DNA of 51,710 nt from Anaerolineae bacterium (lineage in GTDB: Bacteria > Chloroflexota > Anaerolineae > Epilineales > JAANWY01). The notes below the pieces were generated by a model, which saw only the letters and a list, made by a program, of their open reading frames with translations, had not been told where the DNA came from and ran no database searches. Shown here piece after piece: positions 45,840-51,710 of this stretch. The stretch spans positions 1 to 51,710 of the forward strand of contig JBHHXF010000001.1 of assembly GCA_046756905.1 (NCBI GenBank), written 5' to 3'. Position 1 is the stretch's first letter; the number at the start of each line of letters is the position of its first letter. Both the position numbers and the translations under genes were made by a program.

Positions 45840-46259
45840 ATGCGAAGCAAGATTTTGGTGCTAGCCCTTATCGTAGCCATTGCGCTCACTCTAACCATCG
45901 GTACTGTGAGCGCGTCGGCGTCTGGCCACGGATACGGTTGCGGCAAGCACTACGTTCAGTGGGGCGAAACGCTATACAGCATTGGACGGATGTACGGCGT
46001 GAATGCATACGCCATCGCTCGGGCTAACAACCTCTACAACCCCAACTACATCCAGGGCGGAACATATCTCTACATCCCGTGCAACTACGGATATGATGGC
46101 GGCCACGGCTACGGCTATCAGAAGGGACATGGCCACGGCTATGACGGCTACAGGGGTTATGGCTACTATCCATATCATGGCTACTATCCGTATTATGGCT
46201 ACTCCTATGGCGGATATGGCCATCACTACGGCGGCTACGGAAACAGCTATGGCTGGTAG
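45840..46259 (+). CDS. secreted LysM-domain protein with a Gly/Tyr/His-rich C-terminal half
   Basis: AGGAGG lies 8 nt before ATG 45840. Signal peptide. LysM-like YVQWGETLYSIGRMYGVNAYAIARANNL. Tail GYDGGHGYGYQKGHGHGYDGYRGYGYYPYHGYYPYYGYSYGGYGHHYGGYGNSYGW. Confidence 0.75.
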   Translation: MRSKILVLALIVAIALTLTIGTVSASASGHGYGCGKHYVQWGETLYSIGRMYGVNAYAIARANNLYNPNYIQGGTYLYIPCNYGYDGGHGYGYQKGHGHGYDGYRGYGYYPYHGYYPYYGYSYGGYGHHYGGYGNSYGW

Positions 46260-46294
46260 CGCCACCCCGTAGCTCCCGAGCAGCGATCGAACCA

Positions 46295-46331
46295 GAAGGG
46301 CCAAAGAGGGAAGCCTCCTCTTTGGCCCTTC
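46295..46331. terminator. bidirectional terminator hairpin between convergent genes
   Basis: Perfect 15-bp stem GAAGGGCCAAAGAGG / CCTCTTTGGCCCTTC with a 7-nt loop. Confidence 0.6.
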
Positions 46332-46355
46332 CGTCTTCTCTGATACTCTATCTGC

Positions 46356-47009
46356 TTATTCCTGCCAACTGCGGATCAACACAACGAGGTCGTCGATTTC
46401 CTGCTCGGTTAGAGCGCCAGTATAGGCCGGCATCGGCGTCTCCTCCCGACCTTCGGCGATGCTGTACTGGATGAATCCATCGCTGGCTGTGGACAGGAAT
46501 ACCGGATTGTTGAGCGAGGGCGCTCCGTCGGGAGCCGCCGGCGACTCGTCCAACCCCTCACCAGCCTCCCCGTGGCAGACAGCACAGTTCATCGCGTACA
46601 CTTCTGCGCCCCGGCCCGGATCGCCGTCAACGCTCGCATCCGAGACGTCCACCGACGTTTCGGTCTGCCACTGGCGCATATAGCCGACGATGGCGCGAAC
46701 CTGCTCATCGGACAGCGGTCCGCCGTGGCTCTCTGCCCAGGCAGACATGCGGGTGCCGGGCCGGCCACGCGCCGTGTTCTCGAAGAGGTACGTGTCATCA
46801 GCAATGGCGAGGAAGGTCGGATTTGCCAGAGCTACCGAGCCTGGAGCAGTATAGCCCTGCCCCTGGTCGCCGTGACACAACGCGCACATGCGCGCATACA
46901 GCGCCTGGCCATCTGGCGGTGGAGTCGGTGCATGCACCACTTTTCGGCCGGCGAGCAGAGCCAGAACGACAACGATGGGGATAGCAATGTAAAGGAATGG
47001 GCGTCTCAT
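46356..47009 (-). CDS. membrane-anchored dihaem c-type cytochrome
   Basis: Two CxxCH motifs (CALCH, CAVCH) and an N-terminal TM segment. ATGA overlap with the fdhD stop. Confidence 0.8.
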   Translation of the reverse strand: MRRPFLYIAIPIVVVLALLAGRKVVHAPTPPPDGQALYARMCALCHGDQGQGYTAPGSVALANPTFLAIADDTYLFENTARGRPGTRMSAWAESHGGPLSDEQVRAIVGYMRQWQTETSVDVSDASVDGDPGRGAEVYAMNCAVCHGEAGEGLDESPAAPDGAPSLNNPVFLSTASDGFIQYSIAEGREETPMPAYTGALTEQEIDDLVVLIRSWQE

Positions 47010-47950
47010 GTTGTGTTCTCCATGGATCTCGAAAAGCCAGAATGTGACAGCGGGCTATCATCGACCCGCAGCCGCCCCTCCGACGGTGGTTGGGTGTCGA
47101 TACGAATCCGCTCATCACCCGTGTACACATTCATCCGGTTTCCGCGAGCGTAACCGATCACGGTCATGCCCCATGCTTCAGCCAGTTCTACCGCCAAAGC
47201 TGTCGGCGATGTGCGAGAGATGACAACGGGTACGCGCATTCCGCGGGCCTTGGTCAACATCTCAGAAGAAATCCGGCCCGTAGTCAGCAGAATGCCCCCT
47301 TCGGTGTCAATGTTCCCCAGCAGACAGCAACCGCGGATCTTGTCCAGCGTGTTGTGCCGGCCAACATCTTCGGCTACAACCAGAAACCGTTTCCCATCGC
47401 TCAAGGCGGATGTGTGCACGCCGCGACACTCGCGGTACAGGACCGCCCGGCGGTTTAGTTCTTGGGTCAGATCGAGCACCTGTCTGGGCGACACGCTGGG
47501 CATGGCCGGCATGTCCAGCGGCGGATGCTCGCTGGACAGATCGTCAAACGTAACGCCACCGCTGCAGCCCGAGGTGAGCACGCGAGTCGAGTAGTCGGGC
47601 ACCGGATTGCCGGCCACCCGGGCATCAATGATGCCAACAGCTTCCTCGCAACCCCGCATCGTCAACGTCTTTTGCAACCCAAGAGCCGGCGCAAGCCAGT
47701 ACACGCGGTTGGGAGCCTCGTAGACCTTGAGCTGCAAGATATCTTCCAGCGCACGGATCACGCCTTCGGCCAACATGAAGCCCAGGGCAAGATGGTGGAT
47801 GTTCTGCGGCGTACACATAAACGTCACCCACCGCCGTCGGTTGACGAGTAGAATCCAGCCGGTTTCACCGATCACCGCGCCGTCATAAATCCGCTCGGCG
47901 TGGTGCAAGGAATAGCGGGTGTAACCCAGATTGCGCTTCGCCTCCCACAT
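47006..47950 (-). CDS. fdhD: formate dehydrogenase accessory sulfurtransferase FdhD
   Basis: SGCSGGV, GRHNTLDKIRG and LLTTGRISSEMLTKA..VPVVISRTSPT. Confidence 0.85.
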   Translation of the reverse strand: MWEAKRNLGYTRYSLHHAERIYDGAVIGETGWILLVNRRRWVTFMCTPQNIHHLALGFMLAEGVIRALEDILQLKVYEAPNRVYWLAPALGLQKTLTMRGCEEAVGIIDARVAGNPVPDYSTRVLTSGCSGGVTFDDLSSEHPPLDMPAMPSVSPRQVLDLTQELNRRAVLYRECRGVHTSALSDGKRFLVVAEDVGRHNTLDKIRGCCLLGNIDTEGGILLTTGRISSEMLTKARGMRVPVVISRTSPTALAVELAEAWGMTVIGYARGNRMNVYTGDERIRIDTQPPSEGRLRVDDSPLSHSGFSRSMENTT

Positions 47951-48026
47951 GGGTCACCTCAATCTGTGCTGAAGTGCAGAGGTGCAGGGGAGCACGGGAG
48001 ACAAGGAGATAGGTCTGGTCCTAGCA

Positions 48027-48740
48027 TCAGGAGCGACTCTTGGTGAGTTCTTGGGCATACCGCAGCTCTTCGGGCGTGTTGGCATTGAAGAAGGAGCAGT
48101 GCTCGGGATCGAAGCGGTCGATCTCCTGCCGGCCTACGAACCGAATGTGGACCTCTGGCAAGAACGCAATGGCGCGCAGATCACCGCGACCAATCGCCCG
48201 CTCGATGGGTTCCAGGCACCGCTTGCAGTAGATCGCGTGCACTGGGTGTAGATCACGCGCCCTGGCGGTGTCCTGAGGCCTCTCCTGAGGTCCCTCCTGA
48301 GCCCGCCGAGGGGCCTGTCGAAGGGCGGTGTCCTGCGTGTTCGCTAACAGTAGATCATCACCCATATAGGGCATCACTACATGGTACTGCTCGATCTGTC
48401 TGGCCATGTACTGCAGCAATTCCACGTTGAGGAACGGCATGTCGCAGGCCACGACAAGTCCACACGAATACTCGGCCTCAAGAAGCCCGGTGTAGATACC
48501 ACCGAGCACACCTGTTCCAGGATATATATCGCGGGCGAGTCGAGCCGGATACCCGGCGTACTTTTCGGGCGAGTTGGTCACAATGACGATGTCATCTGTG
48601 ACCGACCCCACGGCCTTAAGCACGCGGTCGATGAGAAGCTCGCCGCCCACCCGGAGAAACGCCTTGTCCTCACCCATACGCCGGCTTTGCCCGCCAGCCA
48701 GGATGATCCCACTGATGCGGGTCGGCGAATGATCTCTCAC
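48027..48740 (-). CDS. mobA: molybdenum cofactor guanylyltransferase (MobA-like) carrying an in-frame repeat insertion
   Basis: GIILAGGQSRRMGEDKAF and ACDMPF. GTGA overlap with the upstream gene. The low-complexity insert ..NTQDTALRQAPRRAQEGPQERPQDTARARD.. is encoded by 48264-48335. Confidence 0.85.
   Translation of the reverse strand: MRDHSPTRISGIILAGGQSRRMGEDKAFLRVGGELLIDRVLKAVGSVTDDIVIVTNSPEKYAGYPARLARDIYPGTGVLGGIYTGLLEAEYSCGLVVACDMPFLNVELLQYMARQIEQYHVVMPYMGDDLLLANTQDTALRQAPRRAQEGPQERPQDTARARDLHPVHAIYCKRCLEPIERAIGRGDLRAIAFLPEVHIRFVGRQEIDRFDPEHCSFFNANTPEELRYAQELTKSRS
48264..48335. repeat. 12-nt direct repeats GGCGGTGTCCTG exactly 60 nt apart, bracketing TCCTGAGG-type words and GCCTGTCGAAGGG, inside mobA
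   Basis: Copies at 48264-48275 and 48324-48335, counted by hand. Confidence 0.85.
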
Positions 48741-49711
48741 TTGAGCAGGCCCCCGTGCCCCAACTCGACGATATCCTCCTTCGTGAGATGTTCGCCGGCC
48801 AACAGCCGCGGCAAGATCAGGTCAATTACGTTGGCAGACCTGGAACGCACGCAGCCTGGCGCGCCCAAAACGGGCACATTGTCCACGTACGCCAGCATGA
48901 GCAGATTGCCCGGATCAACCGGAGCGCCGTAGGCCTGTATCTCACCGCCGGCTGCCCTCACGCCCCGGGGCGTGATATCGTTGACATCGACGATTGAGGT
49001 CTCGCCCGCAACTACGATCACATCCGCCCCACCGTGCACAAGCCGGCCAATGACACGGGCGATGGCATCTGCGTCTTCCACCGTAAGAAACTCATCAGCG
49101 ACGTGGGAACCCATGCCTTCAACGCGCTCGCGGATCGCACCCCCGTACACACGGCGCAGTCGATCCGCCGAAGCCTGGTTACCAGTCAGCACAATCCCCA
49201 CGCTCAGGGCCTGAAAAGGGCAGATGGAAAGAATGCCGCCGGCCTCGCTTGCCGCCGCTTCAGCCACCTCCACATCTGAACGAGGCATGGCGTAGGGAAC
49301 GACCTTCACCGTCGCCACGATCTGCCCACGCGTCACGACGCAGTTGTTCGACCGGGTCGCCACGGCCAGGCCGGCAACCCGATTGACGCGACGCAGGTTC
49401 TCTACATCTACTTTGAGAATACCACCATTCATTGCCCGAAGGTTCGCCCGGCCAGTTGACAGCGAGGAGATTTCGACACCGGGACCGCTCATAGCTGTGG
49501 CCAGCCGGCGCGCAACCTCGTCCTCGATCACGTCATCCGGCGATAGCTCGGCCACCCAGACGCGTGCATAACCCAACTCCCGGAGTAGCGCAAGTTCTTC
49601 TACACCGACGCGCGTCCCCTTCCGAAGGACTTTGCGGCTGGTGTCATCCACCACGTTGTGCGCCAGCAGTTTGCCAGCGGTCTCTTCCAAGCCTACGACT
49701 TTCAACTCCAT
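48737..49711 (-). CDS. molybdopterin-binding (MoCF-biosynthesis/MoeA-like) domain protein
   Basis: VIVVAGETS, GAPVDPGNLLMLAY and LGAPGCVRS. Context with mobA and fdhD. Confidence 0.7.
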   Translation of the reverse strand: MELKVVGLEETAGKLLAHNVVDDTSRKVLRKGTRVGVEELALLRELGYARVWVAELSPDDVIEDEVARRLATAMSGPGVEISSLSTGRANLRAMNGGILKVDVENLRRVNRVAGLAVATRSNNCVVTRGQIVATVKVVPYAMPRSDVEVAEAAASEAGGILSICPFQALSVGIVLTGNQASADRLRRVYGGAIRERVEGMGSHVADEFLTVEDADAIARVIGRLVHGGADVIVVAGETSIVDVNDITPRGVRAAGGEIQAYGAPVDPGNLLMLAYVDNVPVLGAPGCVRSRSANVIDLILPRLLAGEHLTKEDIVELGHGGLLK

Positions 49712-49735
49712 GTCAGTCCCATTCTACCACAGCCG

Positions 49736-49773
49736 AAATGAAAAGGCTAGAAGGGGTGATACCCCTTCTAGCC
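49736..49773 (-). terminator. rho-independent terminator of acpP
   Basis: Perfect 12-bp stem GGCTAGAAGGGG / CCCCTTCTAGCC (49745-49773) with a 5-nt loop. Followed on the minus strand by TTTTCATTT. Confidence 0.75.
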
Positions 49774-49892
49774 CATGGTCCGTCCTGCAAACCAGAACAG
49801 CGGGTCCATACCTGGATCTGATGCCTGCTCTCCTCCTATCGCATATTAGCAGTCAGGCCCAGAACGGAACGGTGTGGATCTCTACAAAGCTG

Positions 49893-50129
49893 CTACAACA
49901 TGTGTTGCTCAATGTAGGCCACAGAATCGCCGACGGTTTGAATCTTCTGAGCCTCGTCGTCGGAAATCTCACCGCCAAACTCTTCCTCGAAAGCCATGAT
50001 GAGCTCGACCAGGTCGAGAGAGTCGGCCTCCAAGTTCTCGCGGAAGCTGGCACTGGGAACCACTTCACTTTCGTCCACTCCCAGTTGGTCAACAATGATT
50101 GCCTGCACTCGTGCGAAGATGTCGCTCAC
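49893..50129 (-). CDS. acpP: acyl carrier protein
   Basis: [20 protein letters not shown] with the phosphopantetheine Ser in DSLD. 78 aa. Confidence 0.9.
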   Translation of the reverse strand: MSDIFARVQAIIVDQLGVDESEVVPSASFRENLEADSLDLVELIMAFEEEFGGEISDDEAQKIQTVGDSVAYIEQHML

Positions 50130-50238
50130 TGTTTCACCCCTTTCATGTACTCGGTGTAAGTACTCAGAACATCAATGCTCATATCCTGAAACCAAAATCA
50201 TAGCCGGCAACTGCCGGATAACATCCCCAAGACTGCGA

Positions 50239-50358
50239 GTTACTACTCAGCCTGCTCGGCCTGGATTGTCAAATCCAGGCCCAAGGCGTTGACACTAGCC
50301 TGAATCGGTCACTCCAGCCGCCGGATCTGGCGACCCGGCGGTAGCGGCTGAGTAGTAA
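50239..50358. repeat. composite element: 14-bp inverted repeat GTTACTACTCAGCC / GGCTGAGTAGTAAC enclosing hairpin GGCCTGGATT-GTCA-AATCCAGGCC (50258-50281)
   Basis: Read directly. The hairpin is copy 2 of the one at 4547-4570. AGTAGTAACGAC also occurs at about 31091-31102. Confidence 0.8.
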
Positions 50359-50555
50359 CGACTGCGAGAGTATAGCAAGTCTCTCCGCATCTGTCAACAG
50401 CTCAAACAACACGGATTCACGGATTACCATCTGATCCATCTGCACCACATTCCGTGTCCCCCGTTTGACAACCCCTCACCAGGCTAGTAAACTAGTCGGC
50501 AAGTTGCCAACACTTCCAACACGAATCAGCCGGAAAAGTTACGAGGATTCACACA

Positions 50556-51587
50556 GTGGAGCAGACACCTTTACGCAAGCTCGATCACGTCAGAATCAAC
50601 CTGGAAGAGGATGTCCAGGGGCGCGGGATCACGACCGGGTTCGAAAATTATCGCTTCATCCATCAAGCTCTGCCCGAGTTGAACCTGGCAGAGATCGACC
50701 TTTCAACGTCGTTGTTTGGCAAGACCATGCGCGCCCCGCTCATCATATCGTCCATGACCGGCGGCGCTGAAGCCCTGGAGCAGATTAACCAGACCCTGGC
50801 CGAAGCTGCGCAGTTCGCCGGCATCGGCATGGGGGTCGGCTCGCAGCGGGCAGCCATCAAAGACCCGGCGCTGGCTTACACCTATCAGGTCCGCAGGGTA
50901 GCGCCCGACATCTTGCTATTCGCCAACCTGGGTGCGGTTCAACTCAACTACGGCTACGGCGTGGACGAATGCCGGCGCGCCGTGGAGATGATCGAAGCTG
51001 ACGCCCTGATTCTGCACCTGAACGTGTTGCAGGAGAGCGTGCAGCCCGAAGGCGACACCAACTGGCACGGACTGTTGGACAAGATCGCGGACGTGTGCCG
51101 GCAACTGGAGGTGCCGGTCATCGGCAAGGAGGTTGGCTGGGGCATCTCCGAGGAGACGGCGCGACAACTGGCGGAGGCCGGCGTGGCCGCCATCGACGTG
51201 GCGGGGGCCGGCGGCACCTCTTGGAGCGAGGTGGAGCGCCACCGCGCACCGACGGAGTATCTGCGGCGGGTGGCCGGCGCCTTTATCGACTGGGGCATCC
51301 CCACCGCCGACAGCATCCAGATGGTCCAGCGCGGCGCTCCAGGCCGGCCCATCATCGCCAGCGGCGGGATGCGGGACGGCCTCGACGCCGCCAAGGCCAT
51401 CGCCCTGGGTGCGACAGCCACGGCCATGGCCTCTCCCTACCTGAAGGGTGCCGTCGAAGGGGTGGAAGCCGTGATCGAGGAGATCGAGATCATCAGCCAA
51501 CAACTCCGCGTGGCGATGGTGTGCGTTGGGGCGGAGAACATCGAAGCGCTACAGAACACGCCGCGTTTCGTGCGCGTGGAGCGGTAG
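50556..51587 (+). CDS. fni: type 2 isopentenyl-diphosphate delta-isomerase (FMN-dependent)
   Basis: [34 protein letters not shown] and GAGGTSW. GTG start after GAGGA. Confidence 0.9.
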   Translation: MEQTPLRKLDHVRINLEEDVQGRGITTGFENYRFIHQALPELNLAEIDLSTSLFGKTMRAPLIISSMTGGAEALEQINQTLAEAAQFAGIGMGVGSQRAAIKDPALAYTYQVRRVAPDILLFANLGAVQLNYGYGVDECRRAVEMIEADALILHLNVLQESVQPEGDTNWHGLLDKIADVCRQLEVPVIGKEVGWGISEETARQLAEAGVAAIDVAGAGGTSWSEVERHRAPTEYLRRVAGAFIDWGIPTADSIQMVQRGAPGRPIIASGGMRDGLDAAKAIALGATATAMASPYLKGAVEGVEAVIEEIEIISQQLRVAMVCVGAENIEALQNTPRFVRVER

Positions 51588-51685
51588 GGAGATTGGGTAT
51601 TGGATATTGGGTATTGGGTATTGGGTAGTAGAGATTGAGGAGCGCGTCGTAAAGTAATATCCAATACCCAATACCCAATACCCAC
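51588..51685. repeat. heptamer foldback of the GGGTATT family, immediately after the fni stop
   Basis: Left arm GGGAGAT TGGGTAT TGGATAT TGGGTAT TGGGTAT TGGGTAG. Right arm ATATCCA ATACCCA ATACCCA ATACCCA C. Confidence 0.88.
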
Positions 51686-51710
51686 CTTCCTTGACGCCGC
51701 CAAGGCTTTC

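Overview
GC-rich bacterial chromosomal window. Gene content and repeat style suggest a filamentous Chloroflexota-like organism, but the taxon is inference only. No rRNA, tRNA, CRISPR array, transposase or integrase was recognised by eye. Contents in order: (1) A metal-homeostasis locus. It has an exported His-rich protein, three Fur-family regulators (two translationally coupled, the third behind a consensus promoter with a perfect 21-bp palindromic operator) and an Fe(3+)-type ABC importer (binding protein, fused permease, ATPase). (2) A decayed patch with a DUF4058 gene frameshifted in a G8 run and a 190-bp copy of the 3' end of the first gene. (3) An 8.1-kb ORF for a 2706-aa secreted multidomain carbohydrate-active-like protein. 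(4) On the minus strand: an M24 peptidase, an RHH-like/HNH two-gene module, lutCBA and a phosphomutase-like metalloenzyme. (5) A CBS protein, a Nudix protein, a membrane protein, a zinc-ribbon-FabF fusion, a secreted tandem-domain protein, an MBL hydrolase, LepB and a URO-D family protein. (6) A NYN/OST-HTH protein, a lipid kinase, PlsY and a PKD-domain secreted protein. (7) A T-box-led tryptophan operon, trpE-trpS-trpG-trpD-trpC-(antitoxin-like ORF)-trpF-trpB-trpA. (8) A LysM/Gly-Tyr-His-rich protein, then a minus-strand Mo-cofactor maturation operon (molybdopterin-binding protein, mobA, fdhD, dihaem cytochrome c), acpP and type-2 IPP isomerase. The most unusual signal is not a gene. It is a dense population of foldback elements built from tandem 7- or 8-nt words (GGAGATT, GGGTATT, CAGTGAT, ATCCAGCC, GACAAGGA and others), usually arranged as two inverted arms. 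They occupy most trp operon junctions and other spacers, and they also sit in frame inside conserved genes (trpE, trpF, mobA and six sites in the giant ORF). Some supply stop codons and C-terminal tails.
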